Translations under genes and position numbers: made by a program | Assembly: GCF_006345805.1 (NCBI RefSeq) | Contig: NC_043012.1 | Span: 48,112,001 to 48,176,000 of the forward strand | DNA from: Octopus sinensis | Lineage: Eukaryota | DNA length: 64,000 nucleotides | Direction: 5' to 3' | Part shown: positions 1 to 12,332 of the stretch, piece after piece | Layout of the letters: each line of letters opens with the position of its first letter | How positions within the stretch are numbered: position 1 is the stretch's first letter | The notes under the pieces: generated by a model | What the model saw: only the letters and a program-made list of their open reading frames with translations | What the model was told of the DNA's origin: nothing | Databases searched by the model: none

Positions 1-391
1 ATGTATGTATGTATGCATGTACGTATGTATGTATGTATGTACGTATGTATGTATGTATGTGTGTGTATGGGGTATGTGGTGTGTGTATGTTTGTATGGTG
101 TGTGGTGTGTGTGTGAGTGTGTGAGTGTGTGTGTGTATGTCTTCTGTTTTTAATCATTTAATTTTTCCTCTGAAGAAAGTAGTGGCTCCTAACAAAGAGA
201 CAAAGCTCCATCATTGGAATGTAGATAATAAAAACAATGTCATAAGTCTTAGAAAGTTTTGTTGTTCAGCTTTCAGATTGTATCTATAACGTTCAAGTCA
301 GTTGGTTGGTTTATTCTTTTCTCTTGTTTTGAAAACCAAATCTTATCTAGACATGCATTTATGTATGTATGTATGTATGTATGTATATATT

Positions 392-598
392 AGGTAGGTA
401 GGTAGGTAGGTAGGTAGGTAGGTAGGTAGGTAGGTAGGTAGGTAGGTAGGTTGGTAGGTAGGTAGGTAGGTAGGTAGGTAGGTAGGTAGGTAGGTAGGTA
501 GGTAGGTAGGTAGGTAGGAGGTAGGTAGGTAGGTAGGTAGGTAGGTAGGTAGGTAGGTAGGTAGGTAGGTAGGTAGGTAGGTAGGTAGGTAGGTAGGT
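392..598. repeat. (GGTA)n tetranucleotide microsatellite
   Basis: About 50 near-perfect GGTA units; source of the spurious YLPT-repeat ORF. Confidence 0.97.
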
Positions 599-620
599 GA
601 GTATGACTGAATGAATGTAA

Positions 621-844
621 GGCGGCGAGCTGGTAAAAACGTTAGCACGTCCGGCTTAGCGGTATTTCGTCTGTAGCTACGTTCTGAATTCACATTCCGC
701 CGAGGTCGACTTTGCCTTTCATTCTTTCGGGGTCGATAAATTAAGTACCAGTTACGCACTGGGGTGGATGTAATCGACTTAATCCCTCTGTCTGTCCTGG
801 TGTGTCCTTTCTATGTTTAGCCTCTTGTGGACAATAAAGAAATA
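621..844 (+). mobile_element. tRNA-derived SINE, family B (Deu/Nin-like central domain)
   Basis: Head GGCGGCGAGCTGG...GTTCTGA(G/A)TTCA(A/C)ATTCCGCCGAGGTCGAC, then GCCTTTCATTCTTTCGGGGTCGATAAATTAAGTACCAG. The same string recurs more than 12 times in the window. The Nin/Deu label is from recalled similarity. Confidence 0.85.
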
Positions 845-930
845 TGAATGAATGACTGTACGGATCGATGGATCGATGGATTCATAAATGAATGGATGGT
901 TGGATGTATTTATGCAAGCATCTATGTAGT

Positions 931-1295
931 GAAAGCAACCATACTCTGGGATATGCCAATACACACAGATAGAGAAATTAAGGCCAACATACCAGATATA
1001 AGTGTCAGAGACCATGAAGAAAAAAATTGCTTTCTAATTGATGTATCAATTCCAGCAGATGACAACGTGTCTCTAAAAGAAATGGAAAAACTTTCAAAAT
1101 ACAAAAACCTGGAAATAGAGGTAACTAGAATGTGGAATCTAAAAACAGAAGCAATTCCTATATCATAGTAGGCATGATAAAAAAATATTCAGAAAAATAC
1201 ATAAGACAAACACCAGGACTTACAAACACATATAACATACAGAAAATTGCACTACTAGGCACTGCACACATCCTACGCAGAACACTTTCAATACA
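931..1295 (+). mobile_element. 3' end of an R4/Dong-like non-LTR retrotransposon (RLE domain, frameshifted)
   Basis: Translates as ILWDMPIHTDREIKANIPDI..IDVSIP..EKLSKYKNLEIEV..IVG..QKIALLGTAHILRRTL, a PD-(D/E)xK RLE C-terminus, and runs into a (TAT)n tract. Confidence 0.88.
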
Positions 1296-1309
1296 GTGTT
1301 CTGTATTAT

Positions 1310-1328
1310 TATTAATAAGTATTATTAA

Positions 1329-1401
<73 letters not shown>

Positions 1402-1545
1402 GTTGTTGTTGTTGTTGTTGTTATTATTATTATTATTATTCATGTTGTTTTTGTTGTTGCTTTTATTATTGTTATTATTATTATTATTATTACTAATAAT
1501 AGTAGCATTAGTAGTAGTAGTAGCAGTAGTGGCAGTAGCAGCAGC
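1310..1545. repeat. Compound (TAT)n/(TGT)n/(AGT)n microsatellite
   Basis: Read directly from the sequence. Confidence 0.95.
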
Positions 1546-2010
1546 AGTAGAGTCTCAGTTGCATTCGTAAAATACAAAGATGTGTGTTAGTGGGTGGTGG
1601 AACAATAAATATTAGTCGATATACCAGACATTAAAAGAACGAAAACTAATACAAAGAAAAAGAAAAATAACGAAGAAGAAGAAAGAGAAAAAAAACGGCA
1701 ACTACAACATTATTAGCTGCGGCCAGAAGATGGGTCATATTCACCACCGTATGCCCACCTCTGCCGTCGACATTGTTTTCAACATTGTGTCAGTTGTATC
1801 AGCAATATCAACAACAACAATATCAAACGCATTTGGTGCAAATCCACTTGTTATGTCTGTCAGACATGAAACATTAAAGACAGCTGTGCTCGTGGCATTT
1901 ATTCACTGTCCTCTTCCTCAACATTATCAGCATCATCACCACCACCACCAACAACAACAAAAACAGCAACAACAATCAACAGTATATTAGTAATAACAAT
2001 ATCAATAATA

Positions 2011-2079
2011 ATATTGATGATGATGGTGATGATAAGGAGGAGGAGGAGGAGGAAGATGATGATGATGATGAAGAGGATG

Positions 2080-2124
<45 letters not shown>

Positions 2125-2128
2125 GTGA

Positions 2129-2171
<43 letters not shown>
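2011..2171. repeat. (GAT)n/(GGA)n microsatellite
   Basis: Read directly; source of poly-S and poly-H ORFs. Confidence 0.95.
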
Positions 2172-2750
2172 AAAAGGTTAGAAAACAAACTAAAATATAA
2201 GGAGTCTGAAAGAAAATGTTTTGATGAGGAGACAACAGAAGAAAAAATATATTGAAAGTAGAGAAAAAAGAAACAAAAAGAAAACAAAATGAAAGCGGGA
2301 ACTCTAAAAAAAAAATACGGAAGCCAAAATAGAGCGAAAAACCTCTCAATATTCAGTATTCTGCAAGACTGGACAGATAGGAAGTGAGCCGGTATGAAAA
2401 TAAACAATAGCTCAAAGCTCTGGACTAAAGGCTGAAGCAGAAGTTTTGATTTTTTTTACTGCAAAAGATCAATGCCTAACCACCAAAGCTACCAAATTAC
2501 TATCATAAAACAAAAAGCTAACGTCAATGGTTGACTATGCAATTATAGACGAATGGTTAAGTTCGCTTCGGAATAGTGAGGACTTGCGCTCAACGTTCTG
2601 CGACGCGTCTTGAATATGCGTTTGCTGTTATTTCTAGCATACCCGTGTTGTCAAAAATGCCGACAGTTATATTAATGAAACGAAAAGGCTTATGAAAACG
2701 ATGACAGACACGATTAGTAAATGCCATCAATCGAGTTAATATATACATAG

Positions 2751-3148
2751 ACTAGCAGTATAGCCCAGCGTTGCTCGGGTTTATTTTCTTTTCGAACCTT
2801 TAGAATTGGAATTTTTGAAAAGTAAAAAATTTGCATTATGTAGCTTGTTATTCTCTTTAAGTGAACATTTTTCTGGTTGAAATACACCGAAAAATGTCGA
2901 CACCGCAGTCAAAAAAATAGTAAAAAACTAGGGATTTTCATAGTAAAAAACCACCTTTTTGATGTAAATAATTTTTGGTCTTAACATGGTCGGATTTGAA
3001 TTTTTTCGGAATGAAGAGCGAGCCTTCTTCTATTATGCTCTCAATTTTGGTCAATTTGCGCCGCAGGGTCTCGGAGGAGATAGTGTTAGTTGAAGGATAC
3101 CAAACCTGCCACACACATAGACAACTTCAGTTTCGTATATATATAGAT
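2751..3148 (+). mobile_element. Non-autonomous Helitron/Helentron-like (DINE/HINE-type) element
   Basis: Starts ACTAGCAGTATAGCCCAGCGTTGCTCGGG (short subterminal hairpin) and ends ACAACTTCAGTTTCGTATATATATAGAT, the terminal pattern typical of these elements; no ORF. Confidence 0.6.
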
Positions 3149-3239
3149 ATTTGAAGTACTAGAAGAATCAGCTAAGGTTGTAACGTCTCGGTCGAAAACA
3201 ACGACAACAATAAGTGCGAGTGTGTATTCATTGTGTGGA

Positions 3240-3325
<86 letters not shown>

Positions 3326-3359
3326 CTATATATATGAAGCAACATTTCCATACTAGCAT

Positions 3360-3628
3360 CGGTTGTGAAGTGATGTTGGTGGGGACAAACACAGGCACAC
3401 GGACACATTCACACAGACACGCCACACACACACACACATATACGTATATATATATAAACATATATACGATGGGCTTTCAGTTTCCGTCTACCAAATCCAC
3501 TCACAAGGCTTTATTCGGCCCGAGGCTATAGTAGAAGACATTTGCCCATGGTGCCACGTAGTGGTACTGAACCCGGAACCATGTGGTTCGTAAGCAAGGT
3601 ATTTACCACACAGCCACTCCTACGCCTG
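3360..3628 (-). mobile_element. tRNA-derived SINE, family A (partial)
   Basis: Reverse complement of the head GGCGTAGGAGTGGCTGTGTGGTAA..GGTTCCGGGTTCAGTAC, followed by CTATAGCCTCGGGCCGA..GGATTTGGTAGACGGAAACTGAAAG. Confidence 0.85.
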
Positions 3629-3974
3629 TGTACGTGTATGAAACAACGACATTTCCATACTAGCATATTAGTATGATTGAGACAGATTTTGTATGACTTG
3701 ATACCATTCCTGTGAACAAACCTCACCTATTTTCAGGTAGCATACCACCATTTCTACACTTGTTTGAAACTGATAAACTTTGCAACGCTTTCGGATAATA
3801 AACATTTGCAGTTTTATTTAAATGAAAATAAAAGCGGCTTCAGCGCAAAACCGTTCACAACACTTCGCCTGCATTTAGCTCTCCTGATTATTACTCACTC
3901 CCACTCCGTTCGTTCTTATTAGCCTCTCTATACCAATGTGACCGACAGGGCACACATTGCGTTTCGTCATCATC

Positions 3975-3976
3975 AT

Positions 3977-4018
<42 letters not shown>

Positions 4019-4068
4019 ACCCACCACCACCACCACCACCACCACCACTGCAACTACTACTACTACTT

Positions 4069-4116
<48 letters not shown>

Positions 4117-4145
4117 ATAATAATAATAATATAATAATAATAATA
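3975..4145. repeat. (ACT)n/(ACC)n/(AAT)n microsatellite
   Basis: Read directly from the sequence. Confidence 0.95.
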
Positions 4146-4151
4146 ATAAAC

Positions 4152-4250
4152 TTAATTTATTGACCCCGAAAGGATGAAAATCAAAGCCGACCTCGGCGGA
4201 ATTTGAACTCAGAACGTAGCATCAGACGAAACACCGCTAAGCATCTTGCT
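4152..4250 (-). mobile_element. SINE family B fragment
   Basis: Reverse complement of the family B head and GGGGTCAATAAATTAAG. Confidence 0.8.
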
Positions 4251-4260
4251 AATAATAATA

Positions 4261-4328
<68 letters not shown>

Positions 4329-4330
<2 letters not shown>

Positions 4331-4889
4331 TAAATGCCCTGATTCAGTACCAGGCAGTGGCTCTCATGGCTTCTGAGCTTAACTGATTGGAAGTGTTATC
4401 ATTTACATTGTTTTGTCTTGGTATAAAAGATGGGCTACAGCAAATATTCTGCTCAATACCACAGATTTGCTTGTCAGTTGTTTGACCATAACCAGTTGAG
4501 CATGTCCATTAGTAGCTAATGATATGTGCATCTCTGATCACGAGCAGAAGTAGTGGGGGAGCATCATAGCCATGTGTTGAGAGGGATTCTTTAGGGTTTG
4601 AATAATTCACCTCTGGAAACATGGGTGGTTCTTTCAACATCCTTAAACAACCCTTATTCAGGGTCCTTTTGAGCAGGATGGGCTACTCAACCTGAAGAAA
4701 ATTCTAACTGGGCCCCACCTGCAAGGTCATGTGCTGTTTATTTTGATATGAGATCATCATGCCGCGCATATATGGTTGTGATGCATGTGCCTGGTGTACC
4801 CTTATCAGACGGGTAGTCATGATGGGTATACTGGGCTTTGTATATTTTACCCCAGTGTCACTTTGATGGCAAGCACTGCTCTCTCACTC
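4329..4889 (+). mobile_element. ~560-bp non-coding element inserted in an (AAT)n array
   Basis: Flanked by (AAT)n on both sides; its last ~105 bp recur at 44982-45086, also inside (AAT)n. Strand is inferred from the truncation pattern. Confidence 0.65.
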
Positions 4890-4931
4890 AATAATAATAA
4901 TAATAATAATAATAATTATGATAATAATAAT

Positions 4932-5390
4932 CTTTTTCTAATATAGGCACAGACCCTGAAGTTTTGGTGGAGGGGACTAGTCGATTTCATCAACTCCAGT
5001 GTTTCACAGGTACTTAATTTATCGACCCGAAAGGATGGAAGGCAAAGTCAAACTCGGCGGAATTTGAGCTCAGAACGTAGCGGCAGATGAAATACTTCTA
5101 AGCATTTCGCCAGGCGTGCTAGCGATTCTGCCAGCTCGCCGCCAAAATAATAACAACAACAACAACAACAACAATAAATAATAATAGTAATTCTTTTTCC
5201 TACAGACACAAGACCTAAATTTTAGGGGAACGGCATGGTTGATCACATCGACCACAGTGTTTCGCTGGTACTTCGAAAGGATGGTAGGCAAAGTCGATCT
5301 AGGCGGGATTTTAACTCAGAACGTAGCTACGAACGCAATGGCACTAAGCATTCTGTCCGGCGTGTAAATGATTCTGCCAGCTTGCCGCCT
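4932..5390 (-). mobile_element. Two tandem SINE family B copies (about 4932-5143 and 5192-5390)
   Basis: Each matches the reverse complement of 621-844. Confidence 0.82.
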
Positions 5391-5412
5391 TAACAACAAC
5401 AACAACAACAAC

Positions 5413-5446
<34 letters not shown>

Positions 5447-5799
5447 TAATAATAATAATAATAATACCATAGCCTCGAGTTGACTCAATCCTTGTGACTC
5501 AAATTAAATAGACGGAAATACTGTGGATACCATTTGCATGGACCGAAGCTCTAAAATATTGATTCTGTCTGAAATCTACTTCAAGTTTACCTGTTTTGGG
5601 AATATTTAATTAACAACTCATTTATTAAACAAGCAGATATCTCAGTCGCTTGAATAATCGAATGTTCATAATCGAAACTGCCGGATAACATGCTATACAA
5701 TCTGTATAAGCATTCGGCAACATTAATTTGGAGTCATGTTTGTCTCACAGAGACTCGATCCGAAGAATTACCTGGTGGAAGAGCCAAACTCTTTGACTC

Positions 5800-6148
5800 T
5801 TTTACTTGTTTCAGTCATTTGTTTTAGTCAAGCAAATCAACCCCAGGACTTATTCTTTGTAAGTCTAGTACTTATTCTCACGGGCTGTTTTGCCGAACCG
5901 CTAGGTAACGGGGACGTAAACACACCAGCACACAATCATGTGCAAACACAGACACACAATCATGTGCACACACATGCTTATATATACATATATACGACGG
6001 GCTTCTTTCAGTTTCCTCTACCAAATACACTCGCAAGGCTTTGGTCGGCCCGAGGCTATAGTAGAAGACACTTGCCTAAGGTGACATGTAGTGGGACTGT
6101 ACCCGGAACCATGTGGCTGGGAAGCAAGCTACTTACCACACAGCCACC
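5800..6148 (-). mobile_element. SINE family A
   Basis: Reverse complement of the family A head, internal (TA)/(CA) tract and the ACGTCCCCGTTACCTAGCGGTTCGGCAAA tail segment. Confidence 0.85.
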
Positions 6149-6174
6149 CGTAAAAGAAAATATATAATATATTG

Positions 6175-6341
6175 TTTCAAATTTTGGCACAATGCCAGCA
6201 GTATCGTGGGAGTGGTTTAGTCGAATTCATCGACATCATAACGTCGATTTCAGCGTAATTTGAACTCAGAATATAAAAGCGGACGAAGTGCCGCTAAGAT
6301 TTTTGCCTGGGGAGTAAACGATTGTGCCACCTCACTGCCCT
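6175..6341 (-). mobile_element. SINE family B, diverged and internally deleted
   Basis: AATTTGAACTCAGAA...GGACGAAGTGCCGCTAAG. Confidence 0.7.
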
Positions 6342-6458
6342 AATAATATAAAGAATATAATAAAAACTACTTTAGATTTATTTCCCGAAATGTTGAAATT
6401 CTTGTCGCGCAATTGTATAACGCTGTCGATTTAATCAATTGTGTTTGTGTATGTGTGT

Positions 6459-6513
<55 letters not shown>

Positions 6514-7536
6514 TGTGTGTGTGTGCGTGTGAATTTAGATTGTTAAATTGGTTCCACGACACATTTGCTTTACTATGTTACTTCTCCTTATTCAGTCCAT
6601 TCGAGGACAGAATATATCCATAGACACGACTAGGTAATTAGCACCCTGTGAATTATTTAACGTGCTTTTAAAATTAACATGTGTTTATAGCATATTATCC
6701 CAATTTTTATCACGAAATAAATACTGAGAATATGTAGAATAAGTACACATTAAATCCGATATTGGACAATGAAATGGTCATCGTAATACGCTGGGAACTG
6801 ACTCTCCAGATGGACAAAATGATTGTATTGAACTATCCAGGTAGTAAAATTACCTTACACACTCTGTTAGCCATAATTCGTATGGAAGACAAGCAAGTAG
6901 CTATTAAAATATTATTATGAGGCAGGATGGCGGATATGGATACAATATTCTATGCCTTATACTTTCAATTCAGTAATACGGCTCACACAGCCTGACATAT
7001 ATTGCACAATCATTTGTCAAAGTTATAAATGCACTGAACAATGACACTGCAAAAACGCAAGCAGCAACGAAACAAACGCAATAACAAGATATAACACGAA
7101 TTTCATCACACTCACTCTAAAATTATTATATTGAACACACCTGGTGGGTTAAGGATTGAAAAAAATCGTATGTAATTGCTCAAAATCTATAATGTTGTTG
7201 GAAGCCGGAGGGTAGTTTATTGAGTATATCATAATGGTGTGAGAAAAGGAGGAAGTTATACTCAAACCAAAGTGCCGCTCTGAATAAATCATTCAGCAAC
7301 AATTCACTGGGAAATATCAATAAACTTGGTCATATGTCAATATAATCAGAGATGCTCTGAAACCAGGTTACCACCACCACCACGAACAGCAACAACAACA
7401 ACACCACCACCACCATTAATACAACAATAACAACAGTTATACAACAAAGTTCTTCAAAAAATCTAACAATATTAAACCATTATATATAACATCTTTTACA
7501 AATAGTGATTTCACATTGACTGACGCAACCACTTCC

Positions 7537-7567
<31 letters not shown>

Positions 7568-8372
7568 TAGAAATCGGAAACAGCAAGATTCCTGCTTTTC
7601 AAAGAACATTTACTGCCTGGGTGAACTTGCATTAACTGACACTGGAAATTGTATGAAACTCGCCGGTAGTCGGCCATTTTTTCTGCTGCAGTTTCTGCTC
7701 AATATTAGCAACAGAAATGCACCAATGACAACCTACAATAATGTTGCCATAATTACAACAATATCAGCAACAACAACAATTTGTACCAATCCAGTATTCA
7801 TTTCAGTTAACATTTTATATCAACCAACATCAACTCAACGACAAATAAATTGTCACAAAAAGCGTTTTTCGACATAATACTATGTACCTGAACATCAAAA
7901 TAACATTGAGAACGTAGTTGATATGTATCACTGTATATTAATATCATCCTCGATGTTAACAATAGCGGCAATGCCATATATTACAACATCTGTATTTACA
8001 ACCATGGACGGAGAATCCATTACAAAGCCATGGAGTTGCCATGCACATAAAAAAAATCATACATTTATTTTGGTGACTTTATGTCAGCGTATTTCATGAC
8101 ACATTGAGATAGTATCTGTCAACGCTTTATGTAGTACCAGCACTTACACTCCACAATATCGGAGAACATTTTTCATAAATATAAATGTCCAGATTCTGTT
8201 ATTGGTTGAACAGTGCATAGCAATATGTAAGTTTATTACAGAAAATGTAGGGTTAAGTATTAACGTTCTCGATAGCACGCTCAGTTTAATTTGTTTGGCG
8301 TGTGCCTTCTGTAAGAGCGAATATATAATGGTAAATGTCATATATATGTAAGCATTTCTCTGTCTCTCCCTC

Positions 8373-8408
<36 letters not shown>

Positions 8409-8435
8409 GTGTATATATATATATATATATATATA

Positions 8436-8915
<480 letters not shown>

Positions 8916-8949
8916 ATATGTATGTATATAATATATGTATATATACTGG

Positions 8950-9348
8950 TTTTAAATCTTGGTACAATCCAGCAATTTGGGGGAAGAAGTTCAATCGATT
9001 ATATCATCCCCAGTGTTCAACTGGTACTTATTTTATCGACCCCGAAAGGATCAAAGGCAAATTCGACCTCGGTAGAATTTAAACTCAGAACATACAGACG
9101 GACTAAATGCTGCTAGCCATTTTGTTCGGCATCATAACGATTCTGCCAGCTTGCCGGCTTAAAATATTGATTTTAAATTTGGTACAAAGCCAGTAATTCC
9201 ATGAGATGGTTTAAGGCGATTTCCTGGACCCGAAAGAATGAAAGGCAAAGTAAACCTTATCGGAATTTCTACTCAGAAAATAAAGACGGACCAAACGTCG
9301 CTATTCATATTAACCGGCGTGCTAGCAATTCTACCAATTCGCTGCCTT
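8950..9348 (-). mobile_element. Two tandem SINE family B copies
   Basis: About 8950-9158 and 9170-9348 each match the reverse complement of family B. Confidence 0.78.
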
Positions 9349-9519
9349 AAGAATATAAATACGAACGAAAGGCTACTGAGCATTTTGTCCGGCGTGCTGC
9401 CGCCTATATATATGAATGCATGTTAATGTTTGTTTTTATGTTTAGTTATAAGAAAAACAATTTTACGATAATCTGATACGATAATTCTTCAGCAAAAATA
9501 TTTTTGACTGTGACTTCGT

Positions 9520-10190
9520 AGTTTCAGGCAGTTAGGCTATTGTTGAACTTCAATGCGTTGAAATTAACCTTGAGTTAAAATCTTCCTTGGGTATGTGGAT
9601 TCGAGTGGGATGATAATTAGGTTGTAGGGTCGGTTGTGATAGAGAGGTGTTTTGGAGAAGTTTTTGTTGATAAAATTTGGTTTTTGTGTTATTGTTTAGA
9701 TTTTATTCATGAAATTTGTAAGGGGTTGTTTTTCAGTGGTTTAGAAAAAGAACGTAAATAGTATGTGCCTGTTGTTTTAAGTGTTTTTGGTGTAATATGA
9801 TTTAATATTTTGCTTTAATATAAACATCGACAGTTCTATATTTTAGTCCAGTATTTAACGACCTAGTATTTGGGAGTGTCAAATTTTTCTAATGGAAGTT
9901 TTAAGGGTTCGTAAATGAATACAAGTGGTATGTTTTGGTCAGACTTTAATTATCATTTGTTGTAGCTATTTACGGTTTTTCCCGTTTGTGTTTAGAAGGT
10001 GGGGATTATTCTGGCATGTCATGGTGTTGTTAGTATAGAAATGTGTTTATCATGTGCTTTGAAGTGCACAAGATGATGTGGGTAGGTGTATAGGTTCCAC
10101 TTGGTATGTTCCTCTTTAGAGGTTCACTGTTCCATAAGGGATTCGATTAATATGTAGAAATTTTAACCTTTATCTGTTATGGAGGCAGAA
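9520..10190 (-). pseudogene. Possible heavily decayed APE-endonuclease LINE fragment
   Basis: Microsatellite-free, A/C-rich minus strand. Broken translation RLKFLHIN..QVEPIHL..SQILG loosely echoes APE motifs (xxN, QETHL, ILGDFN). Many stop codons. Confidence 0.3.
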
Positions 10191-11895
10191 ATTGCGCGCC
10201 ATATGTTTATAAATATTTATTTCTTCAATTCTTTTTTAAACCTCGGTATTTTATGATTTGAAAATGTCGCATTTATATTAAGTGTGTATATACTCATGTG
10301 TAAAAATACTGATAAAAATTGACTCAGAAGTTTTTTTAAAAAAGGAGACTTATAAAAGAGTCATCAACTAGTTAACATAGAAATATATATTTATGTGTCT
10401 ACAAATAGGTTTGTGGGCTTAGGTTAGAAAATCTTTTGTGTGCAGTTTGCTTGGAGAGAGAGAACCTTTTTAATAATTTCCCCAGGACTTTTTTAGTAGT
10501 GTGAAACCGTGAAAATGTGGCTTTTAATGTAAACTCTGAAACCATACTAGAAACAAAAGATGTTTAAATGAGAATAAGAGATTTTGTGTCTGTGAATGGC
10601 TAACTCGTGTCTTCTCTGCTGTCATCGTATATATATCCCAGGCACGTCTGGGTAATTGAGATGTTCTATTCGCTACAGCGTGGTTCCAGTTTCGATACCA
10701 ATGTGGTGCACTTCAAGTGTCTTCCACTACGTTGCGACTCGAATTCCATAGTCAGGCATCGTGCACATTCAGTTAATTGCACAAGCAGTGGAGAGGCGTG
10801 TCCGTTTTCTCCGACTGTTAGTGGGGAAAACGATGACATTGACCAATATTTTCTGCGTTAGTGAAACTATATGCGCCCTGCGCTGATCGTAATACAAAGT
10901 AGCAAATATAAGAAAATTCTGTAAACGCCATATCACTTTTGTGTTGTGAGATAAGGTCTTACGCAATTTACCCCACAAACCTGATGATGTTTAACTGCTG
11001 TTTATTTTTCCATTAACATCATCAAATCGTATGTAAAGTATCCTCTTTATCACATATATTGCAAGCTCAATATATTTATGCATATCTTCCTATAAAATTA
11101 GTGCACCGGTATGGTCTGAGTTCGAATCCAGCTGACGTTGATTTTTGTTCTTATTATTCGATGGACCATATTCTCAAGAGCTACACTCTATCTATAGAAT
11201 CATGTTACATTCTAGAGTTGTATTAATCTTAATATAAATCGTAAAGTCCCATGTGTGCTTTCCGATTTGAAACCCCAAATTTCTTCTCGTGCAAGAGCTT
11301 GTAAAGGAACATATACAGGCACGTGATACAATCCCTGTTTCGTGTAACTATTTTAGGACACCAGCCATTATTCTGTAAGGGTATTTAAAGACTCAAAGCT
11401 TTTTATTACCGCCTTACAAACACTGTATATTTCTGGACAATCCATCTTTTTCGAGTAAGGGAAAGAGAGGATATAGACAATTTCGGTATCCCCGTATCCC
11501 TTCTCTCTTCCCACTTCTTTTCCTTTATCTCGGGTTAAAATTCGTGAGACAGCAAACATTTAGAATTGTGTGCACCGATTTCACCTGCGTGGCGTCCACC
11601 AGAGTGATGGTGACAGGTCGTCTGCATAAACCGAGTCCCAATTTGAAAAGGATGCTCCTCACCCGTTCCAGTCTCCTATGCTCGAGGGCCAGAAGAAGTG
11701 AAAGAGGATGCCATAACTGACCTAATGTATATTGCACAACGTTTCCGTGAGGTGACCGTTTACTTTGATCACCAGACAAACGCTACTGAGCATTGCAGCG
11801 ATACAAGCAACGCGAAACTAGTTCGAACCTGGCCGTATTCAGGACGGCTTCCAAGTAAACTCTTCTGCTCGTTCAAATTGATTATGTCCAATAGC

Positions 11896-12332
11896 GGGAC
11901 CTTTTCGGTTTGAATGGCAGTTTTTTCTAGCGGTGTCATATGAAATTGTCACCCATAATTATGACCTTAGTATTGATCTATTGCATTTCAATCTGTTTTA
12001 TGTTTAGGGATAGAGCTAGGGTTAGTTAGGGTGGGGGGGAAGGGTATCTTTTTTCTTCAGAAATGTAACTAAACCCAATCTGTTTCTTAAACGAGGGGCA
12101 TATTCATACGGCACAGAATGCTTCCATCTCAATAGACGTCATTGATTGGTTGAAATTGCAGAAATTGAAGAAAAAAAAACAACAAATATCTTTACAAACT
12201 ATAGAATTTTCTCAATAAAGCCAAGAGAAAAAAGATGTTTTATAAACACATTCTACCAGTATACGAAGTTTAAAAGAGTTTAGTTACGTGGAAATTATTT
12301 TAAAAAACTGCCGTTCAAACCGAAAAGATCCC
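11896..12332. mobile_element. Non-autonomous TIR DNA transposon with 31-bp TIRs and 6-bp TSD
   Basis: TIR GGGA(C/T)CTTTTCGGTTTGAA(T/C)GGCAGTTTTTT with 2 mismatches; AATAGC duplicated at 11890-11895 and 12333-12338; internal TTAGGG-like tract. Confidence 0.9.

Noticed and set aside
9520-10190. Mitochondrial insertion (NUMT) suggested by strand asymmetry
   Set aside because: No mitochondrial gene motif is recovered even reading TGA as Trp; TAA/TAG stops remain.
11780-11830. CTGA-GCATTGC..GCAACGC-GAAACTAGTT hammerhead-like string
   Set aside because: Lacks N7-G8-A9 and no stem I can be drawn.
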